64,000 nucleotides of DNA, taken from NCBI GenBank assembly GCA_965221125.1, contig CBDCRW010000002.1, positions 64,001 to 128,000 of the forward strand, given 5' to 3'. Under the pieces are notes generated by a model. It was not told where the DNA came from, searched no databases, and saw only the letters and a program-made list of their open reading frames with translations. A program made the translations under genes and the position numbers. Every line of letters begins with the position of its first letter. The first letter of the stretch is position 1. Of this stretch, positions 36,988 through 47,355 are shown piece after piece. Source of the stretch: Alphaproteobacteria bacterium. GTDB lineage: Bacteria; Pseudomonadota; Alphaproteobacteria; UBA828.

Positions 36988-38317
36988 ATGACGCGTCAGA
37001 ATGCGCCGAGCCTGTTCGAGGACGCGGCACCCAGGCCGCTCGCCGACCGGCTGCGCCCGCAAGCGCTCGACGAGGTGGTGGGGCAGGACCACCTGCTCCG
37101 CCCCGACGGCCCGTTAGGCCGCATGGTGGCGGGCGGCGCGCTGGCGTCCACCGTGCTCTGGGGGCCGCCGGGCTGCGGCAAGACCACCATCGCCCGCCTG
37201 CTGGCCGACCACACGGACATGCTGTTCGCGCCGCTGAGCGCGGTCTTCTCCGGCGTCGCCGAGCTTCGCAAGGTGTTCGCGGAGGCTCGCGAGCGCCGCG
37301 TCGGCGGCACCGGCACCCTGCTCTTCGTGGACGAGATCCACCGCTTCAACCGGGCGCAGCAGGATGCCTTCCTGCCCGTGGTCGAGGACGGCACCGTCAT
37401 CCTCGTGGGCGCCACCACCGAGAACCCCTCGTTCGAGCTGAACGGCGCGCTCCTCTCGCGCTGCGCGGTGCTGGTGCTGAACCGCCTCGACGACGCGGCG
37501 CTGGAGACCCTGCTCGCGCGCGCGGAGGAGGCCGAGGGCCGCACGCTCCCGCTCGAAGCCGACGCGCGGCCCATGCTGCGCGCCATGGCGGACGGCGACG
37601 GCCCGCGCGCTCATCAACATGGCGGAAGCCCTGTTCGCCGCCGGCGCCAGCGGGCCGCTCGACGTGCCGCAGCTGATGGAGACCGTGCAGCGCCGCGCGC
37701 CGCTCTACGACAAGTCGCAGGAGGGCCACTACAACCTGATCTCGGCGCTCCACAAGTCGCTCAGGGGCTCGGACACCGACGCCGCGCTCTACTGGCTCGC
37801 CCGCATGCTGGCGGGCGGCGAGGACCCCCGCTACATCGCCCGCCGCCTCGTGCGCTTCGCGGTGGAGGACATCGGCCTTGCCGACCCGGACGCGCTGGCG
37901 CAGGCGCTCGCTGGCTGGGAGGCCTACGAGCGCCTGGGCTCGCCCGAGGGCGAGCTCGCCATCGCCCAGACCGTGATCTATCTCGGCACCGCGGCGAAAT
38001 CGAACGCAAGCTACCGCGCGCTCGGCCAGGCCATGGCGTCGGCCCGCGAGACCGGCTCGCTGATGCCGCCCAAGCACATTCTCAACGCGCCGACGCGGCT
38101 GATGAAGGACCTGGGCTACGGCAAGGGCTACGTCTACGACCACGACACGGAGGAGAGTTTCTCGGGCCAGAACTATTTTCCGGACGGAATGCCGCGGCGC
38201 AGCTTCTACCGGCCGAAGGAGCGCGGCTTCGAGCGCGAGGTCATGAAGCGCCTCGCCTACTGGCAGAAGCTGCGCGATGCAGCCCAAGACGGCGACGACG
38301 AGGCGGAGGAGCCGTGA
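36988..38317 (+). pseudogene. rarA: Replication-associated recombination protein A with a +1 frameshift at 37602-37604 (real or sequencing error)
   Basis: PLADRLRP, GPPGCGKTT, DEIHRFN and ATTENPSF in frame 1; YDK...HYNLISALHKS.RGSD in the next frame. Removing one C restores DGDGRALINMAE. Confidence 0.88.
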
Positions 38318-38703
38318 AGGTCGCGCTCGCCATCGCGCTGGGGGGCGCTCTCGGCTCCGTCGGGCGCTACTACGTCATGGGCGCGGCCGAGCGCTGGCTC
38401 GCGTCCCTCATCGGCACGGGCTTCCCCTACGGCACGCTGACGGTGAACGTCGTGGGCTCGTTCGTCCTCGGCGCGCTGGTGCAGGGGCTCGCGCTTACCT
38501 TCGATGCCGGCGAGGTGGTGCAGCGCTTCCTCTTCGTAGGCCTGCTCGGCGGCTTCACCACCTTCTCCGCCTTCTCCGCCGACAGCATCGCCATGCTGGA
38601 GCGGGGCGATATCGGCCGGGCGCTGCTCTACATCGTGCTGTCGGTCGTGCTCTCGGTGGGCGGCTTCTATTGCGGGCTGCGGCTCGTGCGCGGGGTGCTC
38701 TGA
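38314..38703 (+). CDS. crcB: Fluoride channel CrcB/Fluc
   Basis: GGALG...RY, FPYGTL.VN..GSF and G.LGGFTTFS motifs. Confidence 0.93.
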   Translation: MKVALAIALGGALGSVGRYYVMGAAERWLASLIGTGFPYGTLTVNVVGSFVLGALVQGLALTFDAGEVVQRFLFVGLLGGFTTFSAFSADSIAMLERGDIGRALLYIVLSVVLSVGGFYCGLRLVRGVL

Positions 38704-38705
38704 GG

Positions 38706-39701
38706 GTGAGCGGCGTCGCCACCCTGGAGATCGCGCCGGAGGAGGGCGACCAGCGGCTCGACCGCTGGTTCAGGCGGCGCTACCCCGCCCTCGGCCACGG
38801 CCGGCTGGAGAAGCTGCTGCGCACCGGGCAGATCCGCGTGAACGGCAAGCGCGCCCGCGCCGGCACGCGGCTGGAGCCGGGCGACCGTGTGCGCGTGCCG
38901 CCCCTGCCCGAGGGCGGCAAGGTGCGCGCGCCGCGCCGCCCTGCCCCGCCGCCGGCGGAGGCCGACGTGGAGATGGTGCAAGACGCCGTCATCTACCGCG
39001 ACCGCGACATCATCGCGCTCAACAAGCCACCGGGCTTGCCGGTGCAGGGCGGCAACCACGTCGCCCGCCACCTCGACGGCATGCTCGCCGCGCTCCGCTT
39101 CGATGCGGCGGAGGCGCCCCGCCTCGTCCACCGGCTCGACCGGGACACGAGCGGCGTCCTCCTTCTTGCCCGCCACGCGGGTGCGGCGCGGGAGCTCACG
39201 GCGCTGTTCCGCACGCGCGCGGTGCAAAAGCTCTACTGGGCGCTGGTCGCGGGCGTGCCGAAGCCGGCGCAGGGGCGGATCGACGCGCCGCTCGCCAAGC
39301 GGCAGGTGGGCGCGGGCGAGCGCGTGGTCGCGACCTCGGACGGCGGCCAGCGCGCGATAACCGACTACACGCTGATCGAGGCGGCTGGCCGGCGCCTCTC
39401 CTGGCTCGCGCTGATGCCGCGCACGGGCCGCACGCACCAGCTCCGGGCGCACACAGCGTCGGTCTTCGGCCACCCGGTCGTGGGCGACGGCAAGTACGGC
39501 GGCGAGGCGGCGTTTCCGGCGGGCTTCGAGCCCCGCCTGCACCTCCACGCCCGGGCGCTGGCGCTGCCACGGGCGGGCGCCAAGGCGCCGCTCATTCTCA
39601 CCGCGCCGCTGCCGCCGCACATGGCCGCCGCGTGGCGCTTTCTCGGCTTCGAGCCCGAGCCTGCCGACGACCATTTTGGGCTGTTCGAGGCCGCGCCGTG
39701 A
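38706..39701 (+). CDS. RluA-family pseudouridine synthase with S4 domain (RluC-like)
   Basis: RLDRW S4 domain, NKP.GL.VQGG, HRLDRDTSG, TGRTHQLR and GD.KYG motifs. Confidence 0.93.
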   Translation: MSGVATLEIAPEEGDQRLDRWFRRRYPALGHGRLEKLLRTGQIRVNGKRARAGTRLEPGDRVRVPPLPEGGKVRAPRRPAPPPAEADVEMVQDAVIYRDRDIIALNKPPGLPVQGGNHVARHLDGMLAALRFDAAEAPRLVHRLDRDTSGVLLLARHAGAARELTALFRTRAVQKLYWALVAGVPKPAQGRIDAPLAKRQVGAGERVVATSDGGQRAITDYTLIEAAGRRLSWLALMPRTGRTHQLRAHTASVFGHPVVGDGKYGGEAAFPAGFEPRLHLHARALALPRAGAKAPLILTAPLPPHMAAAWRFLGFEPEPADDHFGLFEAAP

Positions 39702-40408
39702 GCGGAACCAGGCCGAAGCGCTTCTACGAGGCCGCAGCCACCGTGAAGGCCGGCGGCGGGCACGGCATCGCGCTCGACGGCAAGCCGGTGCGCACGCCGG
39801 CGGGGAAACCGCTGGCGGTGCCGGGCGCTGCGCTTGCGGATGCGCTTGCCGGGGAATGGGCGACGCAGGGGGAGACCATCGATCGCGAGACCATGCCGCT
39901 CACCCGCCTCGCCTGCACCGCTCTGGACCTGGTGCCGGAGCGGCGGGAGGAGATCGTCGGTGAAGTCGCGGCCTATGCCGAGACCGACCTCGTCTGCTAC
40001 CGCACCGAGGAGCCGCCGGCCCTCGCCCGGCGCCAGATCGCCGCCTGGGAGCCGCTGGTGGCCTGGGCGGCGGAGCGCTACGGCGCCCGGCTCGCGGTCA
40101 CGACCGCCATCACCCCCCTCGCCCAGACGGCAGAGGCGCTCGCTGCGTTGCGCGGGGCGGTGGCGGCGCACGACGACTTCACGCTGGCAGGGCTCAGCCT
40201 GGCCGCGCGGAGCTTCGGCTCGCTGGTGATCGCCCTTGCCCTCTGCGAGCGGCGGCTCGGCGCGGAGGACGCCGCCCACGCCTCGCTGGTGGACGAGCAC
40301 TACCAGATCGAGCGCTGGGGCGAGGACGCGGAGCTTGCCGCCCGCTGTGCGCGGGTCGCCCGTGACGCGGAAGACGCCGCGCGCCTGTTCCGCCTAATTT
40401 CCGCCTGA
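39698..40408 (+). CDS. ATP12-family chaperone
   Basis: KRFY, LDG.PVRTP, EW..Q, MPLT.L, TDL.CYR and DE.YQ..RWG.D.E motifs. Confidence 0.9.
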   Translation: MSGTRPKRFYEAAATVKAGGGHGIALDGKPVRTPAGKPLAVPGAALADALAGEWATQGETIDRETMPLTRLACTALDLVPERREEIVGEVAAYAETDLVCYRTEEPPALARRQIAAWEPLVAWAAERYGARLAVTTAITPLAQTAEALAALRGAVAAHDDFTLAGLSLAARSFGSLVIALALCERRLGAEDAAHASLVDEHYQIERWGEDAELAARCARVARDAEDAARLFRLISA

Positions 40409-40558
40409 CTGGAGCGCTTCCGTTTTGCTCGGAACTGCTCCAGTGATTTTTCGCTCACGGCAGCCGGTCTTCGACCGGCGCCTGCGCGGGCGCGCCGCAG
40501 GGGCGGCGGGCCGCGGTCGCGGCCTGTCGGGCGTCCGTCACAGACGGACGCCCTCTGG
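40408..40558 (+). repeat. Structured intergenic repeat, copy 1
   Basis: Shares TCGCTCACGGCAGC, GCGGCGGGCCGC and hairpin order with 43287-43471 and 57631-57811. Confidence 0.85.
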
Positions 40559-40660
40559 ACGTGTGGAATCGCGCGGTAGTTCTTGCATCCGGCGGGGCCT
40601 GCGGATACGTTGACGCGCCGCCGGGCCGGGTCCCGCCGGCTCACATCAGGAGAATGACCC

Positions 40661-41047
40661 ATGGCGCGCGTGACGGTCGAAGATTGCGTCGGCCTGGTGC
40701 CGAACCGATTCGAGCTCGTGCTGCTCGCGGCGCAGCGCGCCCGCGACATCCGCTCGGGCGCGGAGCTCACGGTCGAGAAGGACAACGACAAGAACGCCGT
40801 CATCGCGCTCCGCGAGATCGCCGACGAGACGATCGATCTCGAAACGCTGCGCCACGAGCTCGAGCACGGGCGGGAAGTGGACACCGAGATCGACGAGCCG
40901 GACGAAGACGCCATGGCGGTGCTGGCGGCCGAGGCCGCCTGGGCCGGCGTGACCGGCCAGACGCCCCCCGACGACGAGCCGGCGGAGGAGGAGGGCGAGG
41001 CCGAGCCGGCGGAAGCGCCGGAGAACGAGGCAGAAGCGGAGGAATAG
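40661..41047 (+). CDS. rpoZ: RNA polymerase omega subunit
   Basis: MARVTVEDC...NRFELV..AA.RAR.I...[10 protein letters not shown]. Confidence 0.97.
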   Translation: MARVTVEDCVGLVPNRFELVLLAAQRARDIRSGAELTVEKDNDKNAVIALREIADETIDLETLRHELEHGREVDTEIDEPDEDAMAVLAAEAAWAGVTGQTPPDDEPAEEEGEAEPAEAPENEAEAEE

Positions 41048-41138
41048 CGCCCGCCGGCGGCGCAGCGGGCGCGGCAGGGCCGCGGCCCGTATCCCTGCGG
41101 GGAACTGACGGCGGCGCCGGCCGGGTGCGCCAGCGGTC

Positions 41139-43289
41139 GTGATCCGGCAATACGAACTCGTCGAGCGCGTCAAGAGCTACGAGCCCGCCGCGGACGAAGC
41201 TCTGCTGAACCGCGCCTACGTCTTCTCGATGAAGGCGCACGGCACGCAGACCCGCGCCAGCGGCGACCCCTATTTCGCCCATCCCATCGAGGTCGCCGGC
41301 ATCCTGACCGAGCTCAAGCTCGACAGCACGTCGATCGCGACCGCGCTGCTCCACGACACCGTGGAGGACACGGGTGCCACGGTCGAGGAAATCGGCTCGC
41401 TGTTCGGCGAGGAGACCGCGCGGCTGGTCGACGGCGTGACCAAGCTGGGCCGGCTGGAGCTTCAGTCGGACCAGGCCCATCAGGCCGAGAACCTGCGCAA
41501 GTTCCTGCTGGCCCTCTCGGAGGATATCCGCGTCCTCCTCGTCAAGCTCGCGGACCGCCTGCACAACATGCGCACCCTCCATTTCGTACCCGACGAGAAG
41601 AAGCGCCAGCGGATCGCCCGGGAAACGATGGAGATCTATGCGCCGCTGGCGGAGCGCATCGGGCTTCAGGCCTTCAAGGCGGAGCTCGAAGACCTCGCCT
41701 TCAAGGAGCTGAACCCCACCGGCTTCCAGACCATGGAAGCGCGGCTCGAGGCCCTCCGCGCCGAAGCCGGCGGCATGGTGGACCGGGTCACCGAGTCGCT
41801 GACCGAGACGCTCCGCAACCAGCGGCTGCGGGCCGGCGTCTCGGGCCGCGAGAAGCGCCCCTACTCCATCTGGGAGAAGATGCAGCGCAAGAAGCTGGCC
41901 TTCGAGCAGCTCACCGACATCGTCGGCTTTCGCGTCGTCACCGAGAGCGAGGAGGACTGCTACCGGGCGCTCGGCATCGTGCACCGCGCCTACCCGATGG
42001 TGCCCGGCCGCTTCAAGGACTACATCTCGACGCCCAAGCCCAACGGCTACCGCTCGCTCCACACCACGGTGATCGGGCCCGAGCAGCGCCGCATCGAGAT
42101 CCAGATCCGCACGCGCGACATGCACGAGGAGGCGGAGTACGGCGTCGCCGCCCACTGGGTCTTCAAGCAGGCGGGCGACGTGCACGACGACCGGCAGCAG
42201 CGCTGGCTGCGCCCGCTGCTCGAAATCCTCGACAAGGCCTCCGGGCCCGAGGAGCTGCTGGAGCACGCCAAGCTAGAGATGTTCCAGGACGAGGTGTTCT
42301 GCTTCTCGCCGCGCGGCGCGCTCATCACGCTGCCGCTGGGGGCCACGCCGGTGGATTTCGCCTATGCGGTGCACACCGACGTGGGCGATACGACCGTCGG
42401 CGCCAAGGTCAACGGGCGCATGGTGCCGCTCTGGACCCGGCTCGAGAACGGCGATCAGGTGGAGATCCTGCGCTCCCGCGTGCCCCAGCCGCAGCCGGCC
42501 TGGGAGCGCTTCGTCGTGACCGGCAAGGCGCGGACCTGCATCCGCCGCTTCACCCGGCTGAAGGAGCGCGAGCAGTTCATCGCCCTCGGCCAGGCCGTCG
42601 CCGAAAAGCTCTGCCGCGAGGCCGGCTCGGATTATTCGGAAGCGCTGCTTGAGGGCGCGCTCTCCCGCCTCAAGCAGCGCTCCGTCGGCGACCTGCTGGC
42701 CGCGCTCGGGCGCGGCGACCTCACCAGCGGCGAGGTCGCGGACGCGCTCTTCCCGGCCCGCATGATCCAGGGCATCGCGCGCCGCGCGCTCTCGGTCGCG
42801 CGCGGCCGGCGGGGCACCAAGGCCGGCGACGTCGGCATCCCCGTGCGCGGGCTGATCCCCGGCATGGCCGTCCACCTCGCCGAGTGCTGCAACCCGCTGC
42901 CGGGCGAGCGCATCGTCGGCATCGTGACTACGGGCAAGGGCGTCACCATCCACACCATCGACTGCGACACGCTGGAGAGTTTCGGCGACACGCCGGAGCG
43001 CTGGCTCGACCTCTCCTGGGAGGCGGACGCGGAGGAGAAGGGCATCCACGTCGGCCGCCTCAACCTCGTGGTCGCCAACGAGACCGGCAGCCTCAGCAAG
43101 CTCACCACGGCGATCGCCAGGAACAAGGGCAACATCAGCAACCTGAAGATCACCAAGCGCTCGCTGGATTTCTTCGAGATGCTGGTCGATGTCGAGGTCA
43201 AGGACGTGCGCCATCTCGGCAACATCGTGGCGGCCCTGCGCGCGGTGACGACGGTGAGCAGCGTCGAGCGCGAACGCGCCCGGCATTAG
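41139..43289 (+). CDS. spoT: Bifunctional (p)ppGpp synthetase/hydrolase (Rel/SpoT homologue)
   Basis: HD motif LHDTVED, KLADRLHNMRTL, KDYI..PK.NGY.SLHT, TGS and ACT domains. Confidence 0.95.
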   Translation: MIRQYELVERVKSYEPAADEALLNRAYVFSMKAHGTQTRASGDPYFAHPIEVAGILTELKLDSTSIATALLHDTVEDTGATVEEIGSLFGEETARLVDGVTKLGRLELQSDQAHQAENLRKFLLALSEDIRVLLVKLADRLHNMRTLHFVPDEKKRQRIARETMEIYAPLAERIGLQAFKAELEDLAFKELNPTGFQTMEARLEALRAEAGGMVDRVTESLTETLRNQRLRAGVSGREKRPYSIWEKMQRKKLAFEQLTDIVGFRVVTESEEDCYRALGIVHRAYPMVPGRFKDYISTPKPNGYRSLHTTVIGPEQRRIEIQIRTRDMHEEAEYGVAAHWVFKQAGDVHDDRQQRWLRPLLEILDKASGPEELLEHAKLEMFQDEVFCFSPRGALITLPLGATPVDFAYAVHTDVGDTTVGAKVNGRMVPLWTRLENGDQVEILRSRVPQPQPAWERFVVTGKARTCIRRFTRLKEREQFIALGQAVAEKLCREAGSDYSEALLEGALSRLKQRSVGDLLAALGRGDLTSGEVADALFPARMIQGIARRALSVARGRRGTKAGDVGIPVRGLIPGMAVHLAECCNPLPGERIVGIVTTGKGVTIHTIDCDTLESFGDTPERWLDLSWEADAEEKGIHVGRLNLVVANETGSLSKLTTAIARNKGNISNLKITKRSLDFFEMLVDVEVKDVRHLGNIVAALRAVTTVSSVERERARH

Positions 43290-43471
43290 GGCGCGTCCGA
43301 CTTTAACGGACGCGCCCTAGCCCTAGGCCGCGACGGCGGCCCGCCGCGTATGCGGCGCACATTGCGCGCCCCTGCGCGCGTGGCCGCACGACGCGGAGGC
43401 GCCGGCCAAGGGCCGGCTGCCGTGAGCGACAAAGAGTCAGATCGTTCCCGTGCAGAACGGATACGCTCCAG
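43287..43471 (-). repeat. Structured intergenic repeat, copy 3 (inverted)
   Basis: GCTGCCGTGAGCGA at 43416-43429 is the reverse complement of the core. Terminal hairpin at 43287-43319. Confidence 0.85.
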
Positions 43472-43617
43472 CCATTGAACCCGGCCCGAGCGGCCGGGTT
43501 ACGAGGCTCGGCCTGCGGGCGCCGGGGTCACGCCAAATTGAGTAATTCCGGCGCCGGCCTTATATTCCACGCGCCCTGGCCGCATGGCGGCACGGGGCCA
43601 ACGAGGAGGGAGATGGG

Positions 43618-44952
43618 GTGTCTCAGCCACGCCAGACGAGTCTCGCCGGCGGCAGCGACGCGGCGCCCGGCGCCGTGCTGACCGACCGCGACAGCGGGGG
43701 TACGGTCGAGCTGCCGGTCCTCGAAGGGACGATGGGCCCTCCGGTGATCGACATTCGCGCGCTCTACGCCGGCACGGGCAAGTTCTCCTACGATCCCGGC
43801 TACACCGCCACGGGCTCCTGCAAGTCGAGGATCACCTATATCGACGGCGAAGAGGGCGTGCTGCTGCACCGCGGCTACCCCATCGAAGAGCTGGCCGGGC
43901 ACAGCGACTTTCTCGAGGTCTCCTACCTGCTGCTCCGTGGCGAGCTGCCGAACGCGGCGGAGAAGGACAAATTCGTCAGCACCATCACCAAGCACACGAT
44001 GGTGCACGAGCAGATCAACTACCTCTACCGGGGGTTCCGCCGCGATTCCCACCCGATGGCGGTGATGATCGGCGTCGTCGGCGCGCTCGCCGCCTTCTAT
44101 CACGACACCACCGATATCGACGATGCGAAGCAGCGCATGATCGCCTCGCACCGGCTGATCGCGAAGATGCCGACCTTCGCAGCGATGGCCTACAAGTACA
44201 GCATCGGCCAGCCGTTCGTGTATCCGCGCAACGACCTCACCTACGCCGAGAACTTCCTGCACATGATGTTCGCGGTGCCGTGCGAGGTCTACGAAATCAA
44301 CCCGATCCACGCGCGCGCCATGGACCGCCTCCTGATCCTCCACGCGGACCACGAGCAGAACGCGTCCACGTCCACGGTGCGCCTCGCCGGCTCTTCCGGC
44401 GCCAATCCCTATGCCTGCATCGCAGCCGGCATCGCGACGCTGTGGGGGCCGGCCCACGGCGGCGCCAACGAGGCCGTGCTGCAGATGCTGGAGGAGATCG
44501 GCACGGTCGACAACATCCCGGGCTTCATTGCGCGGGCGAAGGACAAGGACGACCCCTTCCGGCTCATGGGCTTCGGCCACCGGGTCTACAAGAACTACGA
44601 CCCGCGGGCGACGGTCATGCGCGAGACCTGCCACGAGGTGCTCGACGACCTCGGCATCAGCGACGAGCTGCTCAGGATCGCCATGGAGCTGGAGCGGATC
44701 GCGCTGGAGGACGCGTACTTCGTCGACCGCAAGCTCTACCCCAACGTCGACTTCTACTCGGGCCTGATCCTGCAGGCACTCGGCATCCCGACGCATCTCT
44801 TCACGGTGATCTTCGCGCTGGCGCGCACCGTCGGCTGGGTCGCCCAGTGGAACGAGATGATCGCGGATCCGGAGCAGAAGATCGGCCGCCCGCGCCAGCT
44901 CTACACCGGCCCGGCCCGGCGCAGCTTCGTCCCCCTGCACGAGCGGGGCTAG
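43618..44952 (+). CDS. gltA: Citrate synthase (type II)
   Basis: [41 protein letters not shown] and YPNVDFYSG motifs. Confidence 0.97.
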   Translation: MSQPRQTSLAGGSDAAPGAVLTDRDSGGTVELPVLEGTMGPPVIDIRALYAGTGKFSYDPGYTATGSCKSRITYIDGEEGVLLHRGYPIEELAGHSDFLEVSYLLLRGELPNAAEKDKFVSTITKHTMVHEQINYLYRGFRRDSHPMAVMIGVVGALAAFYHDTTDIDDAKQRMIASHRLIAKMPTFAAMAYKYSIGQPFVYPRNDLTYAENFLHMMFAVPCEVYEINPIHARAMDRLLILHADHEQNASTSTVRLAGSSGANPYACIAAGIATLWGPAHGGANEAVLQMLEEIGTVDNIPGFIARAKDKDDPFRLMGFGHRVYKNYDPRATVMRETCHEVLDDLGISDELLRIAMELERIALEDAYFVDRKLYPNVDFYSGLILQALGIPTHLFTVIFALARTVGWVAQWNEMIADPEQKIGRPRQLYTGPARRSFVPLHERG

Positions 44953-45034
44953 CCCGTATTTCTCACCAAGGTCATGGTCTGCGCGGCGCTATCCGGCCGA
45001 CAGGCAAGGAGAGGCGCGCAGGCACCCGCCGCGA

Positions 45035-45131
45035 CCGGGGCGATGGCGGGGCCATGCGCGACGCCCCAGCCGCAGCCTTCGTGCCAGGCGAGGGCGGCAT
45101 CCTCCACCACGGATTCGGTGATCGCGCTCAC
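45035..45131 (-). pseudogene. hsdR: N-terminal relic of a type I restriction subunit HsdR
   Basis: [16 protein letters not shown]....GW.VAHGP.IAP matches HsdR N-termini. The GTG start overlaps the vapC stop and similarity ends after ~30 aa. Confidence 0.6.
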
Positions 45132-45547
45132 AACGGGCGCCACGGGTCGATCACGTCAAGGCCGAGACCGTCGAAGTCGCGGACGTTTCGGGTCGCGACC
45201 GACAGATCGTTCGCGCCGGCGGTTCCGGCGATGAGCGCGTCCCCCAGGTCCAGGACGCGGCCCGAGCGATGCGCCCGCGCCCTCAAGGCGGCGGCTTGGC
45301 GCGCTTCCGAACGGCCCACGGGCAGGATTCGATCCTCGTATTCCGTCACGAACGCCGACAATGCGGCGCTTATGCCGTCGCGGCGGCGTCCCGGCGGGAG
45401 GAGGCCGACGCCGAAATCCAGCTCGTGCAGGACAACGGCCGACAGCCACAGGTTGTCATGTCCGGCGAGGAAGGCGAGAACCCGCGAGTCCGGCGTCTCC
45501 CTCGTCAGCTCGGACACCACGTTCGTGTCGAGGAGCACCCCGGTCAT
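45128..45547 (-). CDS. vapC: VapC-family PIN toxin
   Basis: [18 protein letters not shown] and ATRN.RDF motifs. Confidence 0.93.
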   Translation of the reverse strand: MTGVLLDTNVVSELTRETPDSRVLAFLAGHDNLWLSAVVLHELDFGVGLLPPGRRRDGISAALSAFVTEYEDRILPVGRSEARQAAALRARAHRSGRVLDLGDALIAGTAGANDLSVATRNVRDFDGLGLDVIDPWRPL

Positions 45548-45828
45548 TCAGCCGTGCCGGCCGCGAACGGTATCTCTCTCCGGGATTTCCGATCCTTGGG
45601 GATGTCGAGGGCCGTGCCGCGGGGCATGTTGTCGACCAGCCATTGCCCCATGGGCCGACGAGGCGGCGAGTTCGCGTACCACGCACCGGCGGGCACGACC
45701 ACGAAGGACCGCCTCATGCCGATATGCTGAGGTCCCTCCTCCTCGGCCAGGCGCAGGACTTCGGACAGCCGCGCCTTGGCCTGAGCGACGGTCCATACCC
45801 GGCGAGGTTCGGGACGACGACCGGCCAT
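45544..45828 (-). CDS. Phd/YefM-family antitoxin
   Basis: WTVAQAKARLSEV...A..EGPQ.I motif and ATGA overlap with vapC. Confidence 0.88.
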   Translation of the reverse strand: MAGRRPEPRRVWTVAQAKARLSEVLRLAEEEGPQHIGMRRSFVVVPAGAWYANSPPRRPMGQWLVDNMPRGTALDIPKDRKSRREIPFAAGTAE

Positions 45829-46043
45829 GTTTCCTCCGGACGAACGAATGTAGTCTATCATAGACCATGTCGTAATCGGCGTCAACGATGTCGGGGCCGT
45901 GCGCGACCTTCCAGCGCGCTGACCACGAGCGCGGGCATGGCGAAATTGGGGGCAGACCCGGAACAAATTTTGTTCAACCTTTGCGAAAGGTTGGACAATC
46001 GGGGGTCATACCCCATTGAGACATAAAGGAAATAAGAAATGAA

Positions 46044-46119
46044 TGGCGTCCCCAGGGGGACTCGAACCCCCGTTTCCGGCGTGAGAGGCCGGTGTCCTAG
46101 GCCGCTAGACGATGGGGAC
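46044..46119 (-). tRNA. tRNA-Glu(CTC)
   Basis: GTCCCCATCGTCTAGCGG...CCGGC-CT-CTC-AC-GCCGG...GGTTCGAGTCC...GGGGACGCCA, 76-nt cloverleaf. Confidence 0.96.
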
Positions 46120-46310
46120 GCGGCCCACGGGAGATAACCCAGAAAGGCCGCAAACTCAACCGCCGGTGGGACACCGCCGGTGGGGACGCCGGCGGGGGCG
46201 CTGGCGGGCTCGGGTCTGCGGGCGGCCCGGTCCGCATTTCCCATCGTGCGCGAGGACGTTTGGGATATCGTGTACCCGGCGGCGCTACAGCCGGGAGGAG
46301 GCGGTTCCCT

Positions 46311-47336
46311 GTGTTCGAGGAGCTGGGGTTCGAGGAGCTGACGCCGATCGGGGCGTCGGTGCTGCTGGGCCTGGTGCTGGGCTCTGCCTACGGCGCGCTG
46401 GCGCAGCGGAGCGCCTTCTGCCTGCGGCGCAGCCTGGTGGGCCAGTGGCGCGACTGCCTGCCGGCTCTGGGGACCTGGGTGATGGCGCTGGCGTGCGCGA
46501 TCGCCGGCACGCGCGTGGCGGTCGCCTTCGACCTGATCTCCTTCGACGCGCACCGCTTCCTCGCGGCCGACCTCCCGGTCGCGTCCGTGCTGCTCGGGGG
46601 CGCGCTGTTCGGCGCCGGCATGGTGCTGGCGGGCGGCTGCGTCTCGCGCCTCACGGTGCTCGTCGGCAGCGGCAATCTGCGCGCCCTGCTCGTCCTGATG
46701 GTCTTTGCCGTCACCGCCCATGCGGTGATGAAGGGGGCGCTCGCGCCGATCCGCGAGGCGCTTGGCGACGCGACCCTCCCCGGCGGCGCGGCGACGGCGC
46801 TCTCGGCCTGGCCCGGCGGCGAGGTCTGGCCGCTCGTCATCGCGGGCGGCGCGTTTCTCTTCGCGCTCTTCTCCCGCGCGCCGATCGCCCATCTGGCCAT
46901 GGCGGGCGCGATCGGGCTGCTGGTGCCGCTCGGCTGGATCGGCACGGGCTTCGTGCTGGTGGACGATTTCGACCCGATCCCCGTGCAGTCCATGGGCTTC
47001 ACGGGGCCGATGGCGGACACGCTCTTCTGGGCCGTGGCGGCGACCTCCATTCCGGCCGGCTTCGGCACCGGCCTTGCAGCGGGCGTCCTGCTCGGCAGCC
47101 TCGCCGCGGCGCTGGCGGCCGGCGAGTTCCGCTGGCAGAGCCTGGAAGGGCCGCGGCAGACCGGGCGCTACCTCGCCGGCGCCGTGATGATGGGGGTGGG
47201 CGGCGTGCTGGCCGGCGGCTGCACGGTGGGCGCCGGCCTCTCCGGCGTGTCAACGGCAAGCCTCGCAGCCCTGCTCGCGCTCGCCGCCATGGCCGTCTCG
47301 GCGCGCGCCGTCGGCGTGCTCCTCGCCGCGCGCTAG
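46311..47336 (+). CDS. YeeE/YedE family sulfur-compound transporter
   Basis: R..FC, GM.LAGGC.S and GGVLAGGCTVG motifs in a very hydrophobic protein. Confidence 0.9.
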   Translation: MFEELGFEELTPIGASVLLGLVLGSAYGALAQRSAFCLRRSLVGQWRDCLPALGTWVMALACAIAGTRVAVAFDLISFDAHRFLAADLPVASVLLGGALFGAGMVLAGGCVSRLTVLVGSGNLRALLVLMVFAVTAHAVMKGALAPIREALGDATLPGGAATALSAWPGGEVWPLVIAGGAFLFALFSRAPIAHLAMAGAIGLLVPLGWIGTGFVLVDDFDPIPVQSMGFTGPMADTLFWAVAATSIPAGFGTGLAAGVLLGSLAAALAAGEFRWQSLEGPRQTGRYLAGAVMMGVGGVLAGGCTVGAGLSGVSTASLAALLALAAMAVSARAVGVLLAAR

Positions 47337-47355
47337 AGCCGCGCTCTAGCCCGGC

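Noticed and set aside
36988-38703. Apparent 571-aa RarA-CrcB fusion
   Set aside because: Produced by the +1 frameshift at ~37603; crcB has its own GTG start and SD at 38314.
45961-45975. GAAC-N7-GTTC as a LexA box
   Set aside because: The alphaproteobacterial LexA site is a direct repeat (GTTC-N7-GTTC); this one is inverted.
46159-46200. Short tandem ACCGCCGGTGGGAC-like units upstream of tRNA-Glu
   Set aside because: Only 2-3 degenerate GC-rich units with no spacers; not CRISPR-like.
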